From Octopus sinensis (Eukaryota), in contig NC_043012.1 of NCBI RefSeq assembly GCF_006345805.1, forward strand, positions 45,384,001 through 45,448,000: a stretch of DNA of 64,000 nt, given 5' to 3'. The translations under genes and the position numbers were made by a program. Position 1 is the first letter of the stretch, and the number at the start of each line of letters is the position of its first letter. The notes below the pieces were generated by a model. The model had not been told where the DNA came from and made no database searches. It was given only the letters and a program-made list of their open reading frames with translations. Shown one piece after another: positions 28,140-41,465 of this stretch.

Positions 28140-28560
28140 TTTCGATCTATTACATCACTTCCTATCTGGTACTTCTGTCCCAACAGGAACTGTACCTTGC
28201 CTCTTTTTTTAAGGCTCATTATACCACACTTCTTGAGTCCAAATTCCACCTTATCATTATCCCTATAACCGTGGTCCGCGTTCCCTGAATAACTCACTTG
28301 CCATGCAGCATCCAATCATCCATTAAGAGATGGTTGAGCCTTAGTGTTTTTCTCTTGAACTGATTCACTTTTCTCAGCACCAACATCAGGGGGATTATGC
28401 AAAGCTTAAAATGCAACGGAGATAAGCTGTCACCTTGCAAAATCCTACTCTTGACGCCCAAACTAGGGTACATACGATGTCATCTCAGTTTTCCAATCCA
28501 CCATATACTTCCCATCAGAAAATTAGTTACATTCCTGGCAGTTTTTCAAACATATCTAAG
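28140..28560 (-). pseudogene. R4/Dong-like (RLE-type) LINE RT fragment
   Basis: Minus strand gives ILQGDSLSPLHF and VEFGLKKCGIMSLK.RGKV. Confidence 0.7.
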
Positions 28561-28569
28561 CACTCAGTT

Positions 28570-29460
28570 TATCGTCGTCGTTATCATCAGCATCATCATC
28601 ATCATCATCATTATCACGTCTACGATTAGTTTTCGACGTAGTAGTAGAAGCAGTACTTACTTGTAGTTGTATTTAAGGATAATGTCGCTGAAGTATTCAA
28701 ATAGCAGAAAGCAGGTGAATTTTGCCGAAAGGGTCAATTTGATGGCATTTGTCACGAAACTGGTGCCGCGTATGTTGCCGATTTGGTTTTTGTGAGAGTA
28801 ATTGTCACAATTAAGATGTTTAAGAGGAACTATGATGATGACGATGACGATAATGATGATGATGATGATGATGATGGTGGTAGTGGTGGTGGTGTTGGTG
28901 GTGATGATGGTGGTTGTGGTGGTGGCGGCGGCGGCGAGAGTGGTTCTATCATGGATAATTTTGGCGGGGCTGAAATTTATGGAAACGACTTGTTATTTAT
29001 AGAAGTTATTGATATTCATGATGTTGATGGTGTAGTAGCTGTTCAGTATGTTGATGACTAATATGACGATGATGGTGATACTGATGATGATGATGATAAC
29101 AACGACTACGATGAAAACGATGATGATGATGATGATGGTGTTGTTGTTGTTGGTGACAATGATACAGATAGTGCTATGTACGGTAAAGTTATCGTGTTCG
29201 CGCTGTTTTACATCGTTGCTGACGACATTTGTTGTCACAGTAACGATGACAACAACGAACACGATTGCAATTTTCAGACGAATATAAAGAAGAGGCAGCT
29301 GCTTCGGCAATAAAATCACATTTAGAATTGAAGATAACGATATTACTACTGCTGCTACTGCTGCTAGTTGTGATGATGACGATGATGATGATGATGACGA
29401 TGATGACGACGACGACGACGATGCTGATGATGATGATGATGACGACGACGATGAGGATAT
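28570..29460. repeat. Degenerate trinucleotide-rich tract (CAT/GAT/GGT/GAC)
   Basis: Visible interrupted triplet runs; no credible protein. Confidence 0.85.
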
Positions 29461-30099
29461 TCTTCATGTCTTGAATTACCTCCGAACGCCACAAAAGCAA
29501 TCTGCTAAGGAATAACGTGTTTAGAAATAATGATAACTCTTCTAATATTACAAATTTAGTTACCATTTTTTACTTGATTTCTATTACATTAGAACTTACC
29601 TCTATTTTTTTTTTAAATTTACATTTTGTAATGTCATTAGTAGATTTAACATTTTTTTTTTCTGTTTTTAATGTTTTCCAATGGGTCAATTAACGATGCT
29701 CGAATTTACTGAAAATGAAAATGGCACTGAAGTTCACGCCATACCGTAAACTCAGTTGAACAGCAACAACATTTCCGCCGATGTTCAGGTTTTCCTCCGA
29801 TATATATATACTCTTTAGACATAAACATACGATCATATGTGTGTGTGTATATATATATATATGTATATGTATATATATATGTATATATGTGTGTGTGCAT
29901 GCGTGTGTCTTTGTGTATGTATCCATTCCCCACCACCATTTGATTATTTATGCCTGTATGTTTATGTAGCCGTAACTTAGCTGCTCGTCAAACGACGGGC
30001 GCTAGAATAAGTATCACGCTTTCAAAAATTAGTTCAGATACAGGTACAACGAATTCCCCAAACACACAGGCACACACAGACATACACACACTCAGAGAG

Positions 30100-30420
30100 G
30101 ATTTTCTTTTGGTAAGTTTCCTTCTACCAAATGCACTCACAAAGCTTTGGTCGGCTCGAAGCGATGCCATGAATCTGCCTCCAATAAAGCTGGAAACATG
30201 TAGTTGCAAAGCAAGCTCCTTGCCCCACAGCCACGTCTTTTGAGTGGATATGGTAGACGGAAACTCAAAGAAGCCCGTCTTATATATATATATGTACACA
30301 TTTGTCTGTATGTGGTGTGTGTGTTTGTGTCTGTTCCCCAACACTTCTTGAGAACCGGTGTTGGTGCGTTTACTTCCCCGTGCATTTACAGTTCGGAAAA
30401 AAGAATAAATACGAGGCTTA
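30100..30420. mobile_element. Two SINE fragments in opposite orientation
   Basis: 30110-30165 is the reverse complement of the SINE body (ctaccaaatgcactcacaaagctttggtcgg); 30240-30420 is forward (gtagacggaaactcaaagaagcccgtc...). Confidence 0.7.
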
Positions 30421-30476
30421 AAATTTGAATATGTACACGTCGGAGAGTGCGAGAGAGAAGGAGTGCTTGTGGAGTA

Positions 30477-30530
30477 GTCACTACTGACGAGTCTCCAATT
30501 TTTCAAACGAAACTAGTGTAGTCTAGTGAT
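30477..30530 (+). ncRNA. Type I hammerhead ribozyme candidate (intact core)
   Basis: GUCACUA-CUGACGA-GU...AC-GAA-ACUA-GUG-UAGU-C-UAGUGAU: 7-bp helix I, G10.1-C11.1 pair, 4-bp helix III and GUC cleavage triplet. Confidence 0.7.
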
Positions 30531-31390
30531 CTAGCTTCGCTTATGGGGCGGTTATCACCCCTGACTATATGAAAATGTGCTTTTTTGCGGCTCTGAGGCT
30601 TTTAACTCTTATTTCTAGCAATATTGATACTACCCAGTATCCTCAGTCACAATATGTGAGAGTAGAACTTTTCGTTTTGGGTTTTATGTTGCGTATAGCT
30701 TCTTTTTATATATATATATATAGAAGAAAATAAATTTAGAAGAAAAAAAATCTGGCAGATAATAAAGTTCTCAGTATTGGAAAAATTTGCCTATCAATAT
30801 TCAAAAATTAAACAGCAGTAAATAAGACATATGTAAATGTAAGTAGAATATAGATCCCACGTAAATCCTCATGCATGACAGGTAAATTCAAATATCTTTT
30901 GGTAGAAATTCGAGAAATTCAGAGATTTTGGCAAAAAAAATGCGTTTAGAGAAATTTACATCGTTATTATAGATCTCACATTAAATAAGCCCATATATAT
31001 ATATTATATAGAGGGTACTATTATTCATAGGTACCGCACGCTAGGAGGGACTTTTGCAGTCAAAACTATTAAAATTAACAAATTGTACCTAATGCAAAAC
31101 TTCAAAGCAAGTCATTTAGAAACAGAATTTAGTTACATATCACCTGTGATTTCGCAATCAATGCAGAATATGCATTCTATTCTCTTCAGTGCAACGAACT
31201 CAAGACATATAAGAAAAAACACAAACATTACAAACCCGACAGCCAACCGTAGAATTTGCCGCAGCATGTACGAATGTTTATCTTTACATATCTACTCGGA
31301 ACAAAAATTCAGTATTGAACTATTCCGGTGAAAAAATATAAATTTAAAATTAAGGATAATTTCTTATAAAAATTTTATCCTTAATTTTAA

Positions 31391-31424
<34 letters not shown>

Positions 31425-31440
31425 TAATATATATATATAC

Positions 31441-31473
<33 letters not shown>

Positions 31474-31487
31474 AGTGTGTGTGTATG

Positions 31488-31534
<47 letters not shown>

Positions 31535-33452
31535 CTATGCACATGTCTGCATAAATGATTGCTTCTAAAACAAGATGCATTGTCTTGCTTTAATATAGGT
31601 AAATATAGCCTTGGCTATATGGAGATGATTCCATTATACTTAGTCGAACGTTCAGTGGGTATTTCGCTCCTCAAGTGCTCACCAAATCACCATTTTTTCC
31701 TCCTGCTTTCCACTTAGTTCCTCTTCATAATCAACAATGTTATCTTGTAGGCAGCTGCATTTATCGCTCTTGTTGCTATTAAAAATGCATTCTCCATACT
31801 CCGAGCGCTAAATAATCTAAAACGAACCACAACATTCCTGCTTTCATTTTTCCTAAAGTACTTGTAACGCTCTTGTATTTGTAATTTTTTAGTTGGAATA
31901 CTTGATGCCACCCCCACTACTTCTTACGGCCCTGAAATTCTGTCAGAATCATCATTTTCGTTTCAGCAGATTCGCATTCAACTTGAGGGTGGCATGGGTG
32001 ACCTGAAAGAGTAACAGCTGTCCTCTCTTTGAGCTACCTTCAAACGACATGATTAGAACTTTTGAAAGTAACTGATTGCTCTCTTGTTGTGATAGCGGCT
32101 CCAGGTTCAGTCTGGGTAAACGAAAGCTTTGTGAGCGGATTTGGTAGACTGAAATAAGCCGTCGTGTATGTATGTATGTATGTATGTATGTATGTATGTA
32201 TGTATGTATGTATGTATATGTATTAAAATTAATCAAAGGGCATATTAAGTATGTCTGCCTGCTGGAAATAACAGTCAAAATCGTTACGCTAGATAATAAC
32301 ATACAGACTGGTATCTTCGCAAATTATTTTTTCGTGAATTATTTGCTCCATATATATATATTTGTATACAAGCCCCCATATGTATATTCACATATATATA
32401 CAAATAACAACGTATTGATTGTGGTTTACTATAGCTGTTTCAGACGTGTTTTTTTTTATTGAAGGGAAATGTTATATCATGCAAAAGGAGCCGTTTTTAT
32501 TAGGTGAATACAGGTAAGAATTGAACATGTTGAACTTCTCAGGAGCAAGTTCATAGTGCCATATGACTCTACCGACTTCATCTCGGTACTTTGCTATTTA
32601 AGTAGCTGATTCTCTAGAGCTCTGGGCATTTAAAAAAAATAAATATATATACATATATATGTACGAGCTAATTTTACTGTTACATATATAATTCTTACTA
32701 GCAAAATCATAAGCTTTAACAATACGTAAACTTATCAGATCTAGATTGCACGAGTGAAATGATTCTCAATATTTTCAGTTCTAAACATTCATTGTGTCGA
32801 GCACTACCGTTTCTAATTATGTAGTATTATTAACATTTTGGAGAATGTTGGCATTGGTTTAAATGATTCTCTTTTTCTGTGTGTAGTGCAATGCGTTGAA
32901 TCTTCAACATATTTCAGATCGGGTTGTAAACTAGCTTCATTTTCCCTTATTGCTAGGCAACTGTTTTAATCTGAAAATGTGTATTCAACTTGATGCTGGT
33001 TTTGGGATTCATATTAGACAATCAAAAGAATTATAATATTTATGTTAGAGTATCAAATCTTCCGTCGTTGAAATATGATATAGGCACTGAAAATGCCTTC
33101 CATTGCATTTTATTACAGTTTTAAATATCATATCTCAAATAATGTAGCTTGATTTCTGATCAGTGAATCATCTAAGCAATATCAGATTTCGAATATATTA
33201 ATCTTATTTGGGGCTGCCATAAATAGTATATTTAATCTTTATATTCTGTGGTCATTTAGATATGTTCCATGCATGTTGAAATTCTTAGTACAAATACAAA
33301 TTAATTGTGTCTATATGAAAATCTTCTTATGTATAACTTTTAGCAGTCGTTTCCGAAGAGATGGTTTTTGGTTTCATCATCTCAGTATATAACATACATC
33401 TCTCTAGCTGTACAGTTGTTCCTGAAAACTAATAATCTATTTATTTATATAT

Positions 33453-33649
33453 CAGGAGCGGCTGCGTGGTAAGTAGTTTGCTTACGAACCACATGGTTCC
33501 GGGTTCGGTCCCACTGTGTGGCACCTTGGGCTAGTGTCTTCTACTATAGCCTCGGGCCGACCAAAGCCTTGTGAATGGATTTGGTAGACGGAAACTCAAA
33601 GAAGCCCGTCGTATATATGTATGTATATATATATGTATATATATTATAT

Positions 33650-33680
<31 letters not shown>

Positions 33681-33685
33681 GTGTG

Positions 33686-33717
<32 letters not shown>

Positions 33718-33777
33718 TTGTGTGATTGTGTGATTGTCACCCAACAACGCTTGGCTACCTATGCTGGTGTGTTTACC

Positions 33778-33778
<1 letters not shown>
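33453..33778 (+). mobile_element. tRNA-derived CORE-like SINE, 3'-truncated
   Basis: Head and body collinear with 10505-10790. Confidence 0.85.
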
Positions 33779-33816
<38 letters not shown>

Positions 33817-33900
33817 TTTGGCAACAGACATGCGTAAATACTCATTGATAAAATTGTAGACTCTCGCCAATTAAGACTTGCTCAAGTCTGAATAAGGAAG

Positions 33901-33954
<54 letters not shown>

Positions 33955-34189
33955 CATACATACACATATATATACATACATACTCTCTCTCTCTATATAT
34001 ATATACATACATATGTATGTGTATGTATGCATATATATATATATATGTATACACATGTTTGTGTATGTATGTATGTATATACATATATATGTATACACAT
34101 GTATGTGTATGTATGTATGTATGTATATATATATATACGTATATATATAATACATATGTATGCACGTGAATGTGTATGTATGTAACCCC

Positions 34190-34600
34190 AGTACAACCTG
34201 TTGCGGGTCGTCGGTGACTAAACCGGCAACCACCAAGCTTGCTTTGTGAGGAGGGTGTTTATTGGACACCCTATGGGATGAAAAGCAAAACCCGTCAAAG
34301 GGCGGAGGAACTCTTGAGAGTCAACGGCCATCCAATAAATGTCTTAGGGCTGTATCATGCGCGGGGACATAGAAATAATCGGACTGAATACCTGATCGCG
34401 CGGTTAAACCATTGGGAGTGAAGGACTCCTAGCCTTTGTTAGGGCATCCTTCTAGGAGAAGATAACTCAGGTAACTGGGATAACTCCGACATAAAATCTG
34501 CTGCTCAGTGGTTACCGATGATGTTGACTTGTTCTTCTTTTCGGATTATGACTGCTGTTGCTTAGTGAGTGGGATTGACTCAGTGCACAGCCGTTCCTCG
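34190..34600 (+). mobile_element. Probable RTE-clade LINE 5' UTR fragment
   Basis: Higher-GC block with gggcatccttctaggagaagataactc, a motif I recall from RTE 5' leaders; no ORF. Confidence 0.45.
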
Positions 34601-34781
34601 CTTTAAAAAGAAATCTTCTTGAACAGGCATTGCATGATAACGACATTGATTAAGTTTCGTGCAATGGCCATACTCGATAACGAGGGGGCAGCCACCATAT
34701 ATATATATATATACACGTGTGTCTATGTATGCATGCATATATATGTATCTATCTATATATATTTATATGCATATACATACG

Positions 34782-34863
<82 letters not shown>

Positions 34864-34914
34864 AATATGTATATATGTATATATATATATATTATATTTC
34901 TATATTTGAGAGAT

Positions 34915-35167
34915 GAGGAATTATGTACATTATTTACAATTGATATATATTTGTCCTCATCTTGTTTTGTGTTAACACAATGTTTCGGCTGATATACTCT
35001 CCATCCGTCATCAGGTGTTTTGAACCTGGGTTCTCCTTCCTAAGGTATTTTTTGATCTTCTTCTTCTTCTTCTTCTTCTTCTTCTTCTTCTTCTTCTTCT
35101 TCTTCTTCTTCTTCTTCTTCTTCTTCTTCTTCTTCTTCTTCTTCTTCTTCTTCTTCTTCTTCTTCTT

Positions 35168-35198
<31 letters not shown>

Positions 35199-35213
35199 AT
35201 AATAACAATAATG

Positions 35214-35276
<63 letters not shown>

Positions 35277-35420
35277 TCTAAAAATATCTTAGGAATGAGA
35301 ACCCAGGTTCGAAATTTTCCCAAGACACTTGATAAATACCGGAAGGTGTATCAGACGAAACGTTGTGAACAAGATGAGTACAAATATCCGTCTAATGTAA
35401 ATAGTGCAAATAATGTATAT
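34915..35420. mobile_element. Inverted pair of PLE-like terminal repeats separated by (CTT)n and (AAT)n
   Basis: gagaacccaggttc...tatcag.cgaaac.ttgtg...aacaagatgag.acaaatat occurs on - (34915-35040) and on + (35295-35420). Confidence 0.75.
35056..35276. repeat. (CTT)n followed by (AAT)n
   Basis: Visible pure runs. Confidence 0.97.
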
Positions 35421-35989
35421 ATATAAGCCAAGGTCAAATGCCAAGGAAGTAACTTGATTTTCAGCTACGATTAATTAATTGAAAAATTAAGCCATGTTAA
35501 AAAAATGTTATATTAATAAATTAAGACTAATAATTTTACTATTAATTAAAATTCTTAAATTAACTTTCTGGCTTATGTCATTCAGAATTGCATCCATGCG
35601 ATAAAGCCACTTGGTTGACCACATTTGTTGCTTAGTTATTTGGAGGGATAATAATTACTTTCTCGTCATTCTCAGTTCATGAAGTTGCATAGGATGAAAA
35701 GCTTCAAACCGATTGCTTTAAATTTCTGTTACGCGTCTTATTTTAAAAACACGGCAAAATACGGCTTGAATAGAAAGCGGAGACTCTTAAACGTAAGAGA
35801 TGCTCTTTGTCTCTCGATGATAGAGGAAGTCTTAGTAGAAAGACAGAATCACTTTCGTAGGAACTGTAGGAATCGTTCGAACTAATGGCTTCCATGATAT
35901 TACCGTGAAACTGAGCTGATGCATTGTGATCCACTCATTAATTTTGTTGGGTGCATATTTCACAAAATGAGATTTAAGGATTCCACCGG

Positions 35990-36480
35990 AACCCTTAAAC
36001 TCAAATTGAAACATCTGTATCAATGACAACAATATCCACAGACTTGTAAGTTCGACCTTCGCCTGAAAACGTTCCAAGCTGCAACCTGTGGAGCTGATTG
36101 CTGTTTAAACGAGACAGTATGGATCCATAAGCCAATGTCTCAGATCCCATTCTATTAGCGGCAACACAAGTAAACCCTTCACATTTAAGCAGTTATAGAG
36201 ATGAAACTGTATTCCTCAATAATTTTGGTGTCAGCTTCTGCCACAGTGGTGATATATGCATCACCAACTTCTAGCAATAGTCTTGCATAGTTTGCAGATC
36301 TCTCCCCACTTGATAAACAAGCTGTCATGATACTGGTTAAGTGCTTGACAGCAATATTACGCAGTAGGTAATAAGTTTTCATGTTCACGTTCATAAAGTT
36401 GGACTTTGTGATATTATATACTAGCGGAAGGATCTGTTTGAAATTTCCACCGAGAGGTGTGAGGATGCATCACATAGATT
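35990..36480 (-). pseudogene. Helitron PIF1-like helicase remnant
   Basis: Minus strand gives LGGNFKQILPL, SGERSANYARLLLEVGD and GEGRTYKSVDIV, matching Helitron helicase motifs in order. Confidence 0.6.
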
Positions 36481-38021
36481 TAGTTATTTCAGGATTTAGT
36501 TGAAATGTACGGTGCATTGCTTTGTAGCTGATTTGTCCGTTATTGGTACTTCTAGGTGAATCACAAAATATAATAATCGAGCCTAGAAGGTTTCTTATTC
36601 TTCCCAAAAGCTTCCATTGTATGGAAGATAATATAGTCAGCTTCCAGAAATCCCCTTACCAAACATGCCTCACAGATGACAACAACTGTCCATTCATTAT
36701 TCTCAGGTGGGCATAGGAGATAAGATGCATGGACATTATTGTAAACACCGCCTTGGCTTGACGAAAACTAATTGTGTAGAAAAAACCAAATTACAAGCAC
36801 CTTGAATACTTGGTCGTTTTTGAGTTCAATCGGTTCTTTCTCTTTTCGGTTATTCTACACGTTGCTACTTGCTTGAAGATTACTACACAGTAATCTTTAG
36901 GTAATTTAGTGTTGAAAATAATTGCCGCTTATGCAGAGATCACAAAATGTGTTATGGTTGTTGTTGGTAGGATGAAGAACTAAAACTGAAAACAGAAAAT
37001 AAAATTTAAACATGTTTTCACTGACATTCAAATTCTAAATCTTTCCTTTTGTCCATCTGAACACACACACGTGATTACCGACATACACCTCGAATGGTTT
37101 TGCATTAGCAATAACGATACAGAATCTGAAAGTTTGAGAATTATTTACCATATATTGATTGCGTGTTATTTTACGGGTTACAATTGAAACAAACTTCACA
37201 CAGGCTGAATTTACTTATATATAAAGTCACAGAAGATGTTACAAAACAATAAAGTGAATGATGCAGCAAGAATTAAAAGCATACTCATACTAGAAATAAT
37301 GAAAATGTATTTCACATGATATTAATTTAATTTGAATTCTTACATTTTTACAAATAGTGACACTTTTACATGAAATTAGTATAAACCATAAGTTTTCTAA
37401 CAAATCAATAACCTTATTCTATTAACGTCATTGTACTATTTCTTTATACAAATTTAAAATCTTAAAATCTTCCGGGCTCCTCCAAAGATTTCTTAATCTT
37501 CAGAAAATTTTTTGTCTTTCTAAAATGTTCTCTTTATAGAAATGTGTCACTATATATACGCAATCTTTGAATCCTATAAAACTTTGGATCAACTTAACTA
37601 TTTTACTGCTTCTTCAAACGCTATAACATTTTTGACATCTTTAAAACTTTTCTACTCCTACTAAGAATATTATGCAATTCCTAAAATTTCATGTGGTCCC
37701 TTAAATTTTCTGCGCCTCCGAACCAATTCTGTTCTACCTGCAAAAAGAAGTGGTCCATTCTTACTAAAAAAATAACAAATAATCAGGAAGATTCTATCGA
37801 ATGACATATCACATTTCAAAATGTTGAACAATCAGAAGTAAATTCAAAGAGGTGAGGATATTTTCAGGAACTAAGAGCCGAGGAAGCGGTTCTTTTATTT
37901 TTACAGTTAATTTAAATTCTTTTTTATCTTTAGGGGGCCTTGTTCATAAGTTTTTCAGAGCACACCAGATTATCCACACATACGCATACACACACACACT
38001 CACATACACACATACATATAC

Positions 38022-38052
<31 letters not shown>

Positions 38053-38054
38053 CC

Positions 38055-38091
<37 letters not shown>

Positions 38092-38171
38092 CATACATAT
38101 CTATATATATATATATATATAATATAATATTATATATATATATATATATATGTATGTATATTAGAGAGAGA

Positions 38172-38453
38172 GAGAGAAGATTTTTTTCTCCCAGTGTTAA
38201 GCTGAGTAAAGAACCTTTTTTAAAAAGTCGCAAGTCACTAGACTTTGGGAAGAGATTTCACAAAATGCGTGTAGGCTTTGCTTTTATAAATGTGCAAGCG
38301 CTTTCAGTTCTTGACGCTTTCAAGCACGTATCATTATATAAACACAAAACCTACACACATTTTATGAAATCTCTTCCCAAAGGTTAGTGTCTTTCGGCTT
38401 TCTGAAAAGGTTCTTTTCTCAATCTTAACTCTTTGAGAAAAAAATCTTCTCTC
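38172..38453. repeat. Old, diverged inverted repeat (~120-bp arms)
   Basis: gagaagatttttttctc...tttgggaagagatttca...gtgtagg pairs with cctacacac...tgaaatctcttcccaaa...gagaaaaaaatcttctc. Confidence 0.75.
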
Positions 38454-38490
38454 CAAATATTATAACTAACTGCATCAAGGAATTTCGAAA

Positions 38491-38530
<40 letters not shown>

Positions 38531-38679
38531 TCTGTGTGCGTGTATATATATCTATATATACGCACTTACACACAAGCAGGCACTCATATACAGATGAAGA
38601 CTCTTTTGTCGTTCCCATGGTATAACACTTTTCTAATCAATATTGTCCTCCGAATGATAAAATCTTCGTCTATTTTCCC

Positions 38680-38779
38680 NNNNNNNNNNNNNNNNNNNNN
38701 NNNNNNNNNNNNNNNNNNNNNNNNNNNNNNNNNNNNNNNNNNNNNNNNNNNNNNNNNNNNNNNNNNNNNNNNNNNNNNN
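38680..38779. other. Assembly gap (100 N)
   Basis: Run of n. Confidence 1.
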
Positions 38780-39237
38780 GTCCGACATGTTTACGATTCT
38801 GCAAGCTCACCACATTAACAAACATAGAAATGCGAAAGCTTGCCCTGACGGTCATACTAGAGATATCCGAACCAAAATTTATTTACATATGTAAAGTAAA
38901 GAATGCTGGTGGAATATTCTAATACAAGCACCGACTTGGTGTAAGCATAGGTGTCATTAGGCAAGATATTGAGGTAGGAAGCAAAATTCATATACTGTTG
39001 AATCCGCTTCACAGCAGATGAACATTGATTGGTAAGAATTGGAGAAAAAACAAAAAAATCTGTGGAAAATTAGTAAGAAGCATGCATCACTTATATTTAG
39101 GTTACGGGATTTCTGGGATGGGCGATTGTTTGTAATCACATACAAAAATTGAATATGTACACATGCACACTTTAGTATTCATGCGGACACACAGGCAGAC
39201 ACACAAACACACGCGCGAACATCCCCTCATATATATA

Positions 39238-40080
39238 GGGGTTGTACACAATAATGTAAACATCTCAAAATTTCAAACAAATTTATTATAATTTGGGGGA
39301 GGACCGACTTCGGCAATAATTACAGCTTGAATTCGACGAGGCATGGACGCGTACAAAGTTTGAATTGTTTCCAAAAGATTATATGTCCATTCTTCAGCTA
39401 AAACAGTCTCCAGTTCTTGTAGTGATGATGGAAGGAGGTATCGACACTTTGTTTTTTTCCTAAAATGCACCATAAATGTTCAGCTATATTGAGGTCTGGG
39501 GACTGTGGTGGTTAGATAAGAAATCAACTTCATTAGAATGTTTCTTGTGCCATTCAATTACAACTTTAATTGTATGAATTGGTGCATTATCATCCTGAAA
39601 CATTGCATTTCCCTCTGGAAAAAGTTCCGCAACCATAGGATGCATTTGATCAGATAAAATGCTTAAACAGTCTTGACTATAAATTCTGCCATGAAAAGAT
39701 ACCATTGGGCCGTCGGATTTCCAAGATATAACCCCCCCCCCGATCATCACAGATCTTTCTCAAAGGCTGTCATTACTTTCGAGACAGCACTTCTTGATAC
39801 CCCAAACATTTTGGCTGTTTTCATTATGCTAGCGCCTGCCATACGAGCACCAACAATTGAAGCTGTTTGATAATCCGATAGATCTGTCATTTTAATGAAT
39901 TTTAATTACCTTCTTCCGATGATATCTGAAAAGAAACAGAAATTTTAGCCAAACATATTAAGCAACACTAAAAATAAATCAAAGAAACATTAAAAAAAAC
40001 AAGCTTTTGGCGGTTTTATTGATATTTCAAAATAATGATGCTATGATGCGAGGTGCTTCCATTATTTACTCCAACCGCTG
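39238..40080 (-). mobile_element. Internally deleted Tc1-like transposon
   Basis: AKMFGVSRSAVSKV (HTH), FQDDNAPIH and SMPRRIQAVI; degenerate TIRs ggggttgtacacaataatg and gcggttggagtaaataatg. Confidence 0.85.
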
Positions 40081-40145
40081 TGTGTATATATGCAGATCAA
40101 TCAATTCAAATAACCACAGACCCAATCACATGTCTTCTCTAAATA

Positions 40146-40185
<40 letters not shown>

Positions 40186-40199
40186 CCGTATATATATGT

Positions 40200-40263
<64 letters not shown>

Positions 40264-40393
40264 ATTCTATATATAATATATATATATATCAATATATATA
40301 ATATATATATATAATAGACAATTTGTTGATGTTTTTATTGGAACAACTAAATTCAACGTGTAAGTTAGTTTCACTGTCTTCCTCTCTTCTCGG

Positions 40394-40436
<43 letters not shown>

Positions 40437-40438
<2 letters not shown>

Positions 40439-40908
40439 TGTACATTAGAACACATTAAGAGGCTTCCAAATAGGAAGGCCTTGTGCTAGAAAGAGCAGTA
40501 GAAAACTCAAACCACTAATTATGGAATTTTCGAAAGGATTGAAAATTATAAACGTTTACCTTCTAATTTATTTGCTAGATCATGGTTTCTACTCATTCCA
40601 TTAAAAAAATATTTACTGAGGCTAGTTTTCGTCAGTAGGGAGCCTTTAGATTTTCAATATACACACAACTAGATGTGTGTATATTGAAATCTAAAGGCTC
40701 CTACTGACGAAAACTAGCCTCAGTAAATATTTTTTTTAAGGAATGAGTTAGAAACCATGATCTAGACAAATAAATTAGAAGGTAAACGTTTATAATTTTC
40801 AATCCTTTCGAAAAATTAGCCTATAATTAGTGGTTTGAGTTTTCTACTGCTCTTTCTAGCACAAGGCCTTCCTATTGGAAGCCTCTTAATGTGTCCAATG
40901 TGTACACG
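40437..40908. repeat. Near-perfect 472-bp palindrome between (TA)n tracts
   Basis: Arms of ~233 bp with few mismatches and a 6-nt spacer (40668-40673). Confidence 0.95.
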
Positions 40909-40994
40909 ATATATATATATATATATTATATACTATATAAATATAAATATAAATATAAATATAACTATATATATATATATACACACACCCAGCC

Positions 40995-41028
<34 letters not shown>

Positions 41029-41048
41029 CAATTACATACATATATATA

Positions 41049-41465
41049 TTGGGTCATCCACTAAATAAAGTAGTTTTTTCATTATTTTATCTTTCAAAAT
41101 TAAAATAAATTTCTTTTTTAATCTAAAATATACTCTCCTTCATTTTCTACAATGCTCTTCTTTTTATCTGGTAGATTTTTAAGGCCTCTCTCCTAAAATC
41201 CACTTGTCCATGACAAAAAATACCCATCCAGTACTGTTCAGACCTCGTCTACAGAATTCATGTTTTGTCCGTCTAATGATTTTGAAGACTGTGGAATAAA
41301 TGTTAATGATAAGGGGCAATGTCCGGCGAATATGGTGGGAAGGACATGTTTCCCATTCAAACTGCTCTAGCGTTTGGAATGTCATCGTTGCTGTATGTGA
41401 GAGAGCATTGTCCTGATGGAGGAGCACCTTGAAATCAAAGATGGTCATTTTTCTTCTAGCACTGA
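41049..41465 (-). mobile_element. mariner transposon 3' fragment
   Basis: TIR ttgggtcatcc and HQDNALSH motif; homologous to 52666-53100. Confidence 0.8.

Noticed and set aside
27738-29566. Poly-L/T/D/M/V ORFs as low-complexity protein exons
   Set aside because: Open in several frames on both strands, with no splice or homology support.
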